Positions 19,345-27,969 of a stretch of 64,000 nt of DNA are shown here, piece after piece (within the stretch, counting starts at the first letter, position 1; each line of letters starts with the position of its first letter). A program made the position numbers and the translations under genes. Source of the stretch: a bacterium. Its GTDB lineage: Bacteria > Patescibacteriota > Minisyncoccia > Phycocordibacterales > UBA5272. The stretch is from contig JAHFNB010000001.1 of the NCBI GenBank assembly GCA_023267595.1, forward strand, positions 94,590 to 158,589, in the 5' to 3' direction. The notes under the pieces were generated by a model. That model was given only the letters and a program-made list of their open reading frames with translations. It was not told the DNA's origin and did not search any database.

Positions 19345-19701
19345 ATGCCAAGTAGGGCACAAAGAAGGAAAATAAGAAAAGCCAGTATTCTTCGCCGTAT
19401 ACGTGAACACTATGACGATCCTCATCGTACAACGAAAGGATCTCAAAGTATTCCTCATTCCACACTGCAAAAACGAGAACCTTTGATCCTTAGGGAAAGT
19501 ATTCTCAAACTTGCAGATATGTCTCGCGACCGATTAGAACAGAAGTATTTGTCTATTCTTCATGGGGCGGGGATTCACGAAGTGAAGGATCTCGTTACAA
19601 AAACAGAAGCACGTCTTCTTGAAATAAAAGGGATAGGCCCCGCAACAGTGAAAAAGATTAAAGAGGCACTCAACGCCTACGGAGTATCTCTTACCTCTTG
19701 A
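19345..19701 (+). CDS. Small basic protein with C-terminal helix-hairpin-helix (RNA polymerase alpha-CTD-like)
   Basis: Arg/Lys-rich N-terminus MPSRAQRRKIRKASILRRIREH. C-terminal HhH-like LLEIKGIGPATVKKIKEAL. GC-richer. Confidence 0.5.
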   Translation: MPSRAQRRKIRKASILRRIREHYDDPHRTTKGSQSIPHSTLQKREPLILRESILKLADMSRDRLEQKYLSILHGAGIHEVKDLVTKTEARLLEIKGIGPATVKKIKEALNAYGVSLTS

Positions 19702-19715
19702 TTGGTTTTTTCTCA

Positions 19716-19745
19716 AAAAGGCTGCGCTACGCGCGGCCTTTTGTA
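19716..19745. terminator. Bidirectional terminator hairpin between the HhH protein and the Mur ligase
   Basis: aaaaaggctgcgc-tac-gcgcggcctttt. Confidence 0.55.
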
Positions 19746-21011
19746 TTATTTTGTTGTTATCTTCTTTATTTCTTCTCGTGCAACTGTTGCATCATCCCAC
19801 GTTTCTTTTGCTCCATTTTTACCCATAATGTATGGGTCAGTTCCTTTTCCTGTAATAAGAACAACGTCACCCTTTTTTGCAATAGATAATGCATAGGCAA
19901 TTGCTTCTCTGCGATTGAGTATTATGTTTGGTGTATGTTGTGTGATGCCACCTGCAACTTCATGAATTATTTTCATCGGATCTTCATCATACGGATCTTC
20001 ATTAGTAACTATAATTTCATCACAGTATTCGTCTGCTATTTTCCCAAGTATTGGTCGTTTCCAAGAATCACGCCCGCCACCAGTAGAACCAAGCACTGCA
20101 ATTTTCCTCGAATCTTTAAATGTTTCGTATAGTTTTCGTAAACTGTCATCTGTATGAGCATAATCAACTATTACAGTAAAATCTTGTCCCTCATCTATTT
20201 TTTCAACACGACCACGAATAAGCGAAAGAGACTCTATTCCTTTTTTTGCATCATCTATGGATATTCCAACTTCTTCCGCAAAATGAAGGGCCGCAAGAGC
20301 ATTTGAAATATTAAATTTCCCAGGGAGAGGAATACTGATTTTCTCTCCTTTCCATTCTATAGTGCTTTCTTGTTCTGTTTCGGAGAGTATGTGTACATCT
20401 TTAAGTGAATATCCAATATTTTTTTCTATTGGATAAATGAGGAATGAGGGTGCATGTTCGTTGTCGATGTTTGCAATTGCAAGACGTACTTCTTTTTTGC
20501 TTTTGGCTAATTGTTTAACGAGGCGCAATTTTGCTTGTTTGTATTTTGCAAATGAACCATGAGACTCTATATGTTCTGGAGAAAGGTTGGTAAAGATGAG
20601 TGCATCCATATGTATACCTTTATGACGAAAAAATCGAGCACCCTCAGAAGTCATTTCTATAATTGCATACTCACACTCTGCATCTACTGCATCACGCAAA
20701 AACTTCTGTGTGAAAAATCTTCCCGGCATTGTCATTTTGTAAAGATTTGGACGAGACATATCCCCAATCTTGAAACGTATAGTGGATAATATCGCAGTTT
20801 TTTTACCGGATGCTTCTAATACTGCATTTACAAATTCTACCGTTGATGATTTTCCTTTTGTACCAGTAACACCAATAACAAAAATATGACGTGATGGATT
20901 TTTATAGAGAATAGTTCCTGTTGTGGCAAGCACAAAATGATATGCCGGTTGAAAAAAGTTGTAGACTTTCTTAGGTATTATTTTCTCTACTGTTCTAAGG
21001 ATATGTTCCAT
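19746..21011 (-). CDS. murE: Mur ligase family protein (MurE-like UDP-MurNAc-tripeptide synthetase; lacks typical N-terminal domain)
   Basis: VIGVTGTKGKSST P-loop. Mur ligase middle and C-terminal domains. DYAHTDDSL matches the MurE-type DNPR-like region. Confidence 0.75.
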   Translation of the reverse strand: MEHILRTVEKIIPKKVYNFFQPAYHFVLATTGTILYKNPSRHIFVIGVTGTKGKSSTVEFVNAVLEASGKKTAILSTIRFKIGDMSRPNLYKMTMPGRFFTQKFLRDAVDAECEYAIIEMTSEGARFFRHKGIHMDALIFTNLSPEHIESHGSFAKYKQAKLRLVKQLAKSKKEVRLAIANIDNEHAPSFLIYPIEKNIGYSLKDVHILSETEQESTIEWKGEKISIPLPGKFNISNALAALHFAEEVGISIDDAKKGIESLSLIRGRVEKIDEGQDFTVIVDYAHTDDSLRKLYETFKDSRKIAVLGSTGGGRDSWKRPILGKIADEYCDEIIVTNEDPYDEDPMKIIHEVAGGITQHTPNIILNRREAIAYALSIAKKGDVVLITGKGTDPYIMGKNGAKETWDDATVAREEIKKITTK

Positions 21012-21012
21012 A

Positions 21013-21573
21013 TTATTTTAATTGAGAAAGTGCTTCTTTGATTAAGGTGCTTGTAGATTTGTTTTCTGTTTTTAATTTTTGTAGTACATCATGTATTTCT
21101 TTTGATGAATAGCCGAGTGTTTCAAGAGCAAGACGCACTTCGTATGTTGTATCTGTTTCTTTTGTTCCAACGAGATGGGATAGTTTTCCTCGTAATTCTA
21201 AGATTATTTTTTCAGATGTCTTTTTACCAACACCAGGAGTGTGTGACAGGGCACTAGCATCTTCACGTTCTACCGCGTCTGCAATAGAAGCAGGGGAATG
21301 AACGGAGAGCATGGCAAGTGCAGATTTTGGTCCAATCCCAGATACGCCAATTAATTTTTCAAACAAAAAAAGATTTAGTTCATCTTTAAAACCAAAAAGT
21401 GTAAGTTGGTCTTCACGTACATGAGTGTATATATAGAGTGAAACTTCCTCTTTCGGTATTAATGATACCAAAAGAGGAAGTGGAGCATGTACTTTATAGC
21501 CAACACCAGAGACATCCAGTATACAGTGGTGTTCATTTGAAGAGAGTATAGTACCTCGAAGAAATCCAATCAT
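21013..21573 (-). CDS. ruvA: Holliday junction DNA helicase RuvA
   Basis: MIGFLRGTILSSNEHHCILDVSGVGYKVHAPLP OB-fold. HhH repeats (GIGPKSALA). About 186 aa. Confidence 0.85.
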   Translation of the reverse strand: MIGFLRGTILSSNEHHCILDVSGVGYKVHAPLPLLVSLIPKEEVSLYIYTHVREDQLTLFGFKDELNLFLFEKLIGVSGIGPKSALAMLSVHSPASIADAVEREDASALSHTPGVGKKTSEKIILELRGKLSHLVGTKETDTTYEVRLALETLGYSSKEIHDVLQKLKTENKSTSTLIKEALSQLK

Positions 21574-21654
21574 AGAGGCAGTATATCATGGTGGTATATA
21601 GGGTTTTCTTGAATAAAAATGATAATTGTGGTAGAGTATGTCTACAAAAAACAT

Positions 21655-21921
21655 ATGGCTATAACACGAGGCGCAAAAAAAGCATTACGAGTAAGTGATC
21701 GCAGACGAGTTGTGAATGATGTTCGACGTCGTACACTTAAGGAAACTGTAAAAACAGTTCGCAAAGATATTGTTGCAAAAGATGTAAAAGCAATAAAAAC
21801 TGACCTCGCCCTTGCATATAAGGCACTTGATAAAGCAGCAAAAACCGGTGTCATCAAAAAGGGAACTGCTTCTCGAAGAAAAGCACGACTTGCCAAAGCA
21901 GTAGCAAAGATGGGCAAGTAA
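21655..21921 (+). CDS. rpsT: 30S ribosomal protein S20
   Basis: MAITRGAKKALRVSDRRRVVNDVRRRTLKETVK...AKAVAKMGK, a basic alpha-helical protein. Confidence 0.9.
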   Translation: MAITRGAKKALRVSDRRRVVNDVRRRTLKETVKTVRKDIVAKDVKAIKTDLALAYKALDKAAKTGVIKKGTASRRKARLAKAVAKMGK

Positions 21922-21928
21922 TATAATC

Positions 21929-21958
21929 AAAAACCACCTCTCGGTGGTTTTTGAATTT
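21929..21958. terminator. Rho-independent terminator after rpsT
   Basis: aaaccacc-tctc-ggtggttt followed by ttgaatttt. Confidence 0.65.
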
Positions 21959-22123
21959 TAGGCAGGAATTGGTTAAAAAATCAATTCATCGGCAGGATAT
22001 CTTCCTCAGTAATTATTTGTCGTCACAAATAATTCTTCGGACGGGCTCGTGGTTTTTCTTGCTAGAAAAACATCACTCCGCCTTTCGATTTCTGCATGAA
22101 AAGTGCGCAGGCACTTTTCTCTC

Positions 22124-22174
22124 GAGCACAAAATACAAAAGACCCCATTAAAGGGTCTTTTGTATTTTGTGCTC
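22124..22174. terminator. Very long perfect hairpin (22-bp stem) abutting and overlapping the 3' end of the minus-strand tRNA-Arg
   Basis: gagcacaaaatacaaaagaccc-cattaaa-gggtcttttgtattttgtgctc. The arms are exact reverse complements. Confidence 0.7.
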
Positions 22175-22241
22175 TCGGCAGGAATCGAACCTGCATCGCA
22201 AGTACCGCAAACTTGAATTCTATCCATTGAACTACGAGAGC
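22170..22241 (-). tRNA. tRNA-Arg (anticodon GCG)
   Basis: Reverse complement: GCTCTCG-TA-GTTC-AATGGATA-GAAT-T-CAAGT-TTGCGGT-ACTTG-CGAT-GCAGG-TTCGATT-CCTGC-CGAGAGC-A. The anticodon loop gives GCG with G37. Confidence 0.7.
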
Positions 22242-22344
22242 ATTGTGGATTTGATACTACACTATTTTTTATCTTTTTACCAGATTATTATTCATTTTTT
22301 AATATGAAATCGCCGTGCGGTTGCCCGCACGGCGATGTGAATCC

Positions 22345-22917
22345 TTACAATTTTCCTTTTGCCCGACGACTCGCGACGTATGCTTGAAATTTTGCACGTT
22401 TGCCGAGTATATCGATGATTGGCATGAGGATAGTGAGAATGATGTCGTTTTTGATTTCCGAGAGTCTCGGTATTCCACCAAAACCTTTCGGTGTATGGTG
22501 CATGACATTTTTTCTTCCATCTCGCCAACATATCCAACGGATACGAAGGTAATGCAGTCTGGTCGAGACGAGATGAATTTCCTTCACATGATTCTCTTTC
22601 GCATATTTGAATATCGCGTCGAGTTGTGTGAAGGTATCGATGCCCTCGCGGAGAAGTATGTAGTCCTCTCCTTCCGTGAAGGCATATTTTTCCAAAACGA
22701 TTCGGTACTGCTCAATTTCTGGAAGAGATGAATCTGCATGTTGAAAACCACTTGCAGTCAGAAGTCTAACTACAAGGTTGTTATCGTACTTTGCGGTTGT
22801 ATACAGGCGGATTGCGTACCGAAGTGCGCAGTACCAGTCCTGATCCTCTAGGTAACCAAGACGACCTTCAGGCCATGCGGATTTCGCAAGCGGGACAACA
22901 AGATAGTCAATATTCAA
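22345..22917 (-). CDS. DUF218/YdcF-like protein, GC-richer than flanks
   Basis: LVVPLAKSAW...RYAIRLYTTAKYDNNLVVRLLTASG...IHLVSTRLHYLRI pattern, consistent with DUF218. Confidence 0.55.
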   Translation of the reverse strand: MNIDYLVVPLAKSAWPEGRLGYLEDQDWYCALRYAIRLYTTAKYDNNLVVRLLTASGFQHADSSLPEIEQYRIVLEKYAFTEGEDYILLREGIDTFTQLDAIFKYAKENHVKEIHLVSTRLHYLRIRWICWRDGRKNVMHHTPKGFGGIPRLSEIKNDIILTILMPIIDILGKRAKFQAYVASRRAKGKL

Positions 22918-23028
22918 GGTACACCTCCACTATTTGTGATTTATTTAAAACTATAATATATTTTTGTATTTGTCAATATTTTTCTCTTCTGAAAGAATTT
23001 AAAACTCCCTTTCGTATATAATGAAATA

Positions 23029-23595
23029 GTGTCCACTATATCTCTGCTCACAGATGAAGAACTTGCCGGTTTAAGTGTTTCAGACACTACGTATTTTGGC
23101 GAACTTATACGGCGGTATGGCACTATTCTCATGCGTTATACCATGAGACGTTCTCATGCGAGTAAAGAGGATGCAGAAGATATCGTACAAAATAGTTTTA
23201 TAAAAATGTATCGTAATATTAATGATTTTGATACTAGCCTCTCATTTTCTTCATGGGCATATCGTATTTGTCATAATGAAATGATTGATTGGTATCGTAA
23301 AAAGAAAAGTCGACCACAACTCTATATATCTCATACTGATGAAAATATTTTTGACTCTATTGCAAGTGATATCAATATAGAAAAAGATATACTTGATAGA
23401 GAAATTAAAAAAGAAATAGAGACTATTGTGCAAACACTAGATCCAAAATACCAAGAAATTATCTCGCTTCGTTTTTTTGAAGATAAAAATTATGAGGAGA
23501 TTGCAGATATTTTAGAAATACCTGCAGGGACAGTTGCTATACGACTATCTCGTGCAAAGAAATTACTCAAAGAAAAGTTAGAACATTTTTCATAA
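23029..23595 (+). CDS. ECF-type RNA polymerase sigma-70 family factor
   Basis: Region 2 DIVQNSFIKMYRNINDFD...SWAYRICHNEMIDWYRKKK. Region 4 HTH YEEIADILEIPAGTVAIRLSRAKKLLKEKL. Confidence 0.8.
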   Translation: MSTISLLTDEELAGLSVSDTTYFGELIRRYGTILMRYTMRRSHASKEDAEDIVQNSFIKMYRNINDFDTSLSFSSWAYRICHNEMIDWYRKKKSRPQLYISHTDENIFDSIASDINIEKDILDREIKKEIETIVQTLDPKYQEIISLRFFEDKNYEEIADILEIPAGTVAIRLSRAKKLLKEKLEHFS

Positions 23596-23600
23596 CTCGT

Positions 23601-24395
23601 ATGAATACACTCACACCACAATCCATCTTGGATAAGATAAAGAAAGAAGAGATTAAGCCAAAAGCAAAATGGCGTCTTGCTTTTGAGCATACTCTTCTTT
23701 GGATACCAGGAGTTGTTGTAACCACTATTGGAGCAATCGCAGTTGCAGGAACACTTTACTCACTATCTCATTCAGGTTGGGAATATCGTGAGTTTACGCA
23801 CGATTCATTGTTTACATTTATTATCGATGCTTTTCCATTGTTATGGCTTCTCTCTTTTGTATTATTCTCATCTCTTATAGTACAAGCCCTTCGTACAACC
23901 CATGCAGGATATAAACTTTCTCTTAAAAGAATATTATTCGGAAGTATTATTGTCAGTATCATTATAGGGTGGGGGATATATATTGCGGATGATACATATA
24001 AAGCAGATAGTTTTATACGGTTTTCTGTACATGAGCGAGAAAAAGTATTATGGGATATGCCATCCGAAGGTCGTTTAGTTGGAATTGTTGAAGCAGTAGA
24101 ACCATCATATGTAACTATGCGGGATGAAGAAGGAGAACTGTGGAATGTTACTATGCCATCCCTTAGTACTACAACATTTCCATTTATTGTTATTGGAGAC
24201 CCTATACGTGTCATTGGAACAACTACAGAAGAAAATACTTTTACTGCATGCTTAGTATTTCCATGGGAAATAGGTGGAGTGCATCCTCCTTTACCAGTAT
24301 TAAAGAATATAAAGAAATATTCTCCTATAAAGATGACACCAGACTGTAAAGTAATACTTGAAACATTGAAACATTTTCCACGTGAAAGAAAATAA
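23601..24395 (+). CDS. Membrane protein, probable anti-sigma factor partner of the ECF sigma
   Basis: Begins 5 nt after the sigma stop. Two TM segments. Assigned by context. Confidence 0.45.
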   Translation: MNTLTPQSILDKIKKEEIKPKAKWRLAFEHTLLWIPGVVVTTIGAIAVAGTLYSLSHSGWEYREFTHDSLFTFIIDAFPLLWLLSFVLFSSLIVQALRTTHAGYKLSLKRILFGSIIVSIIIGWGIYIADDTYKADSFIRFSVHEREKVLWDMPSEGRLVGIVEAVEPSYVTMRDEEGELWNVTMPSLSTTTFPFIVIGDPIRVIGTTTEENTFTACLVFPWEIGGVHPPLPVLKNIKKYSPIKMTPDCKVILETLKHFPRERK

Positions 24396-24484
24396 ATAAT
24401 GTGTTCGTACTAGAGAGTGTGCGGGTATGGAGACGTCTGTATACCGACATAGAAATTAACTCTTAACACTCTATACAAATTATT

Positions 24485-25048
24485 ATGAAAACAAAACGAG
24501 CACATTATCTTGCACTCACACTTGCTTCGATTGGAGCAGTAGGAGCATTCGCATCTGTAAGTGCTGCTTCTATCGCAACAGGTACTCCGACAGAGGTTCG
24601 TGATCAAGTGCATACTGCAATAAAGCAAGCATTTACTGCGGATGACTATCAAGCATATCTTGCTATCACGAAAGATCATTCATCAAAGATGCCAGTTTTA
24701 ACTGAAACACAGTTCCACGCAATGGTACAAGCACAAAAGTTACGTGCATCAGGGGACATAGCAGGAGCAAAGAAAATTCTCGATGAGATAGGTATCAAAC
24801 CACCACCACATATGGAAGGGATGAAAGGTGAACATAAAGAGGGCTCTATGAAGCATCTTACTGATGCTCAAAAAGCAACTCTTGCACAAGCAAAGACACT
24901 TTTTGAAGCAGGAAATAAAACAGAAGCACAAGCACTTCTTGTTGCATCTGGAATAAAAATGCCAGAACACAAGAAGCATGACGGCTCAAAACTTACAGGA
25001 ATGAAAAACTGGTTTAAGAAGACAACCTCAACTACTACAACTCAATAA
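24485..25048 (+). CDS. Secreted hypothetical protein
   Basis: Signal peptide MKTKRAHYLALTLASIGAVGAFASVSAAS. Ala/Lys-rich helical repeats. Confidence 0.5.
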   Translation: MKTKRAHYLALTLASIGAVGAFASVSAASIATGTPTEVRDQVHTAIKQAFTADDYQAYLAITKDHSSKMPVLTETQFHAMVQAQKLRASGDIAGAKKILDEIGIKPPPHMEGMKGEHKEGSMKHLTDAQKATLAQAKTLFEAGNKTEAQALLVASGIKMPEHKKHDGSKLTGMKNWFKKTTSTTTTQ

Positions 25049-25088
25049 AGAATAGACTTCTCTCTCAAAGAAAAACAAGGGTGTACCC

Positions 25089-25562
25089 TTGTTTTTCTTT
25101 TTGGCGTATACTTTATGTATTAGTATTTTAATTTATATATCTATGTCACCAATAAATATAACTGCAGTTTTGGTAGCAGCATTGGCATGTTTTATAATCG
25201 GGTTTTTAATGCATGGGCCATTATTTGGAAAATTGTGGATGAGGCTTGCAGATGTTCATCCTACGGGAAAGGAGAAGTTTTCAGATATGTATGGACAAAT
25301 GTTTTGGAATTATGTAGCAAATGTTGTGACGGCATTTGTTATGGCAGGAATCTTCTGGTTAGTATTTTCTTCCCCATATATGGGAGAAATGAGTGCATAC
25401 AGGGGAGCCATTTGTGGATTCTGGTTATGGCTTGGATTTATCGTAACATCAACGTCTATGGAAGTAATCTGGATGAAACGATCTTTTAAGTACTGGCTAT
25501 TTGAAGTAGTGAGTTCACTACTTGGTATGCTTGCAATGGGCGCGATTATCGCAGGGTGGTAG
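25089..25562 (+). CDS. Polytopic membrane protein (DUF1761-like)
   Basis: Four predicted TM helices. Trp-rich motifs GPLFGKLWMRL and ICGFWLWLGF. Confidence 0.45.
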   Translation: MFFFLAYTLCISILIYISMSPINITAVLVAALACFIIGFLMHGPLFGKLWMRLADVHPTGKEKFSDMYGQMFWNYVANVVTAFVMAGIFWLVFSSPYMGEMSAYRGAICGFWLWLGFIVTSTSMEVIWMKRSFKYWLFEVVSSLLGMLAMGAIIAGW

Positions 25563-25584
25563 AGAGAAGTGGTATACTGGATGA

Positions 25585-26043
25585 GTGCCTGAGAATTATA
25601 TAAGAAAACCAAATACGAAGTGCTCTCTATGTGGAGAATTAATTTATCGAAGACCTTCTGAAATAGAAAAATTACAAGGTCGTGTATTTTGTAGCGCATC
25701 TTGTTATGGTATTTCTTGTCGAAAGGAAATACCATGTCTTGTATGTGGAACATTGATGCTATCTGGTTTGAATAAAAAAACATGTAGTAGAAGTTGTGCA
25801 AATAAACATAGGACAGGGATACAATATAAACTTAATCGTCCAAAAGATAAGGTGATGACCTTAAGAAGGATTAAAATTAGATTGTTAGAATTAAGAGGGT
25901 TAAAATGTGAAAGATGTAGTTATAGTAAGAGCGAGGTTCTGCAAGTTCATCATAAGAATAGAAATAGGAATGATAATAGTATTAAAAATTTAGAGTTGAT
26001 TTGTCCAAATTGTCATTATGAAGAACACTATTTAAAAACTTAG
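25585..26043 (+). CDS. HNH endonuclease
   Basis: C-terminal HNH motif LQVHHKNRNRNDNSIKNLELICPNCH. N-terminal Cys clusters. Confidence 0.7.
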   Translation: MPENYIRKPNTKCSLCGELIYRRPSEIEKLQGRVFCSASCYGISCRKEIPCLVCGTLMLSGLNKKTCSRSCANKHRTGIQYKLNRPKDKVMTLRRIKIRLLELRGLKCERCSYSKSEVLQVHHKNRNRNDNSIKNLELICPNCHYEEHYLKT

Positions 26044-26081
26044 TAAAGTGTGATATAGTATTGCAACAATCAAATATAAAG

Positions 26082-26169
26082 GGAGGAGTGGCAGAGTTGG
26101 TCTATCGCACTTGTCTTGAAAACAAGAGTCTGAGTAATCGGACCGTGAGTTCGAATCTCACCTCCTCCG
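26082..26169 (+). tRNA. tRNA-Ser (anticodon TGA), CCA encoded (to 26172)
   Basis: GGAGGAG/CTCCTCC acceptor. CTTGT-CTTGAAA-ACAAG anticodon arm. Long variable arm. GTGAG-TTCGAAT-CTCAC T-arm. Confidence 0.8.
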
Positions 26170-26175
26170 CCAAAT

Positions 26176-26210
26176 ATAAAAATATACAGGTAAGACCTGT
26201 ATATTTTTAT
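26176..26210. terminator. Terminator hairpin after tRNA-Ser
   Basis: aaaaatatacagg-taaga-cctgtatattttt. Confidence 0.6.
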
Positions 26211-26236
26211 ATTTCATTTTCTGATAAACTAATTTC

Positions 26237-26698
26237 ATGAAATATCTTGGAATTGATTTTGGATCAAAGAAGGTTGGTTTTGCACAGTCAGATGATGAAG
26301 GAAAAATGGCTTTTCCTCTTATGATTTCTCCAAATGATAAAAATCTTATGAAAGATACCTTGGAACTCATTCGGGCACTTACCATTTCTACGGTTGTCAT
26401 AGGGGAAAGTGTAGATAATAAAGGAAAACCAAATGCAATTGCAAAAGAGGCGAGAAAGTTTGGTACGGAAATAGAAAATGCAATTGATGTAAAAGTAGTC
26501 TTTGAAAAAGAATGGTATTCGACAGTAGAGGCTCGTAAACAACCAGGGCAAGAGGATAATCATGAAGTTGATGACCAAGCCGCAGCAATAGTTCTCCAAA
26601 GATATTTAGATAAAACAAATGGACCATCGACATATGAAGAAGTATTACCTGATGACGACGAGAGTGATATCAATGATACAGAAGAAGAATCTTGGTAG
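26237..26698 (+). CDS. ruvX: Putative pre-16S rRNA nuclease / Holliday junction resolvase-like YqgF (RuvX)
   Basis: MKYLGIDFGSKKVGFAQSD...VVIGESVDNKG. Acidic C-terminal tail. Confidence 0.75.
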   Translation: MKYLGIDFGSKKVGFAQSDDEGKMAFPLMISPNDKNLMKDTLELIRALTISTVVIGESVDNKGKPNAIAKEARKFGTEIENAIDVKVVFEKEWYSTVEARKQPGQEDNHEVDDQAAAIVLQRYLDKTNGPSTYEEVLPDDDESDINDTEEESW

Positions 26699-26760
26699 GA
26701 TAATACAGTCAATAAACTATAGATATTAGACAACAGAAAAATACAAGATACAATACATAC

Positions 26761-27117
26761 ATGGATGAACCAGAACATAACGTAGGAAAAATCTATGCAA
26801 CAATTGATGACTTTCAAAAAATCGAAATGAAAGTTGGCACTGTATTATCTGTGGATATAGTAGAAGGAGCAGACAAACTGTATAAACTGATGGTAGATTT
26901 AGGTGAAGAAAAACCACGTCAGATACTCTCTGGTATTCGTGAATATGTACAACCAGAAGATATGCTAGGTAAGCAATTTCCTTTTGTGACTAATCTTGCG
27001 CCACGCGTACTTCGTGGATTAGAATCACAAGGAATGATTCTTGCTGCAAGTGATGAGAATGGTCTTGCACTTTTTAATCCTTCACAAAAGATTGCTAATG
27101 GGTCATCACTTCGCTAG
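26761..27117 (+). CDS. csaA: tRNA-binding domain protein (CsaA/Trbp111-like, MetRS C-terminal-like)
   Basis: KVGTVLSVDIVEGADKLYKLMVDLGEEKPRQILSGIREYV...GMILAASDENG OB-fold. Confidence 0.75.
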   Translation: MDEPEHNVGKIYATIDDFQKIEMKVGTVLSVDIVEGADKLYKLMVDLGEEKPRQILSGIREYVQPEDMLGKQFPFVTNLAPRVLRGLESQGMILAASDENGLALFNPSQKIANGSSLR

Positions 27118-27120
27118 TGT

Positions 27121-27708
27121 ATGTTAGAAAAATTAGTCACATGGGTAGAAAAATGGGTAGGGCATCATCATGCACATAAAGCATTAGCAGTAGTTGCGTT
27201 TGTCGAGTCATCATTCTTTCCGATTCCTCCTTTTGTGCTTGTGGTTGCGATGCTTATTCATGAAAAGAAACCATCATGGATAAAAATTGCTATGGTGGGA
27301 ATGATTTCGTCAGTCGCAGGAGGAGTATTTGGGTATTTTATAGGAAAGTTTTTATATGGATACATTGGCGCTCCACTTGTTGCTTTTTATGGATTAACAA
27401 ATCAAGTAGCACACTTGGGGCAAGTATTTAAAGATCATGTTTTTATAACTATACTCCTTGCATCTCTTTCACCACTTCCATATAAAGTATTTACATTATC
27501 TGCTGGATTGTTTTCTGTAAATCTTTTTTCTTTTATTCTCGCGTCATTAGTTGGACGAAGTATACGATTCTTAGTTGTTGCGTATCTCGCAGATAGATAT
27601 GGTATTCGTGCAAAGAAATTTATGTTGGAACAACAGAAAGTAACAATCATGACAACACTTGTTATTTGTATTGTGGCGATCTTATATTTTGTATCCACTA
27701 TCAACTAA
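27121..27708 (+). CDS. DedA/YqaA-family membrane protein
   Basis: AVVAFVESSFFPIPPFVLVVAM motif. Multi-TM. Confidence 0.6.
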   Translation: MLEKLVTWVEKWVGHHHAHKALAVVAFVESSFFPIPPFVLVVAMLIHEKKPSWIKIAMVGMISSVAGGVFGYFIGKFLYGYIGAPLVAFYGLTNQVAHLGQVFKDHVFITILLASLSPLPYKVFTLSAGLFSVNLFSFILASLVGRSIRFLVVAYLADRYGIRAKKFMLEQQKVTIMTTLVICIVAILYFVSTIN

Positions 27709-27733
27709 TCTCTATAAACTATAAACTATCCTC

Positions 27734-27967
27734 ATGACACATCACATTTGTATAGAAGATGATTACGTAACGTTTGATGGCGAAATGATTCCGCTAGGAA
27801 AACGTATGATTGAAAAAGAAAATACAAAGGTTATTAATGAAATATTAGATACTATTGTTCATAAAATAGGTCGTGACGAGGTACGTGTATGTGGAACGGG
27901 GGATGCAAGAAGAATGTTAGGAAGAAAGTTAGAAGATAGACTACAAAGAGAGGTAAAGTATGAATAG
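27734..27967 (+). CDS. Hypothetical small protein (77 aa)
   Basis: ORF only. Confidence 0.3.
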   Translation: MTHHICIEDDYVTFDGEMIPLGKRMIEKENTKVINEILDTIVHKIGRDEVRVCGTGDARRMLGRKLEDRLQREVKYE

Positions 27968-27969
27968 TA

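Noticed and set aside
21951-22227. ORFs 21951-22151(+) and 22006-22227(-)
   Set aside because: They overlap the tRNA-Arg(GCG) and its long terminator hairpin. There is no RBS and no sensible protein.
24410-24679. Cys-rich 89-aa minus ORF (CxxC-like repeats)
   Set aside because: It overlaps the start and signal peptide of the 24485 plus-strand secreted protein. The Cys richness comes from TGT/TGC/GCA codon shadowing. No RBS.
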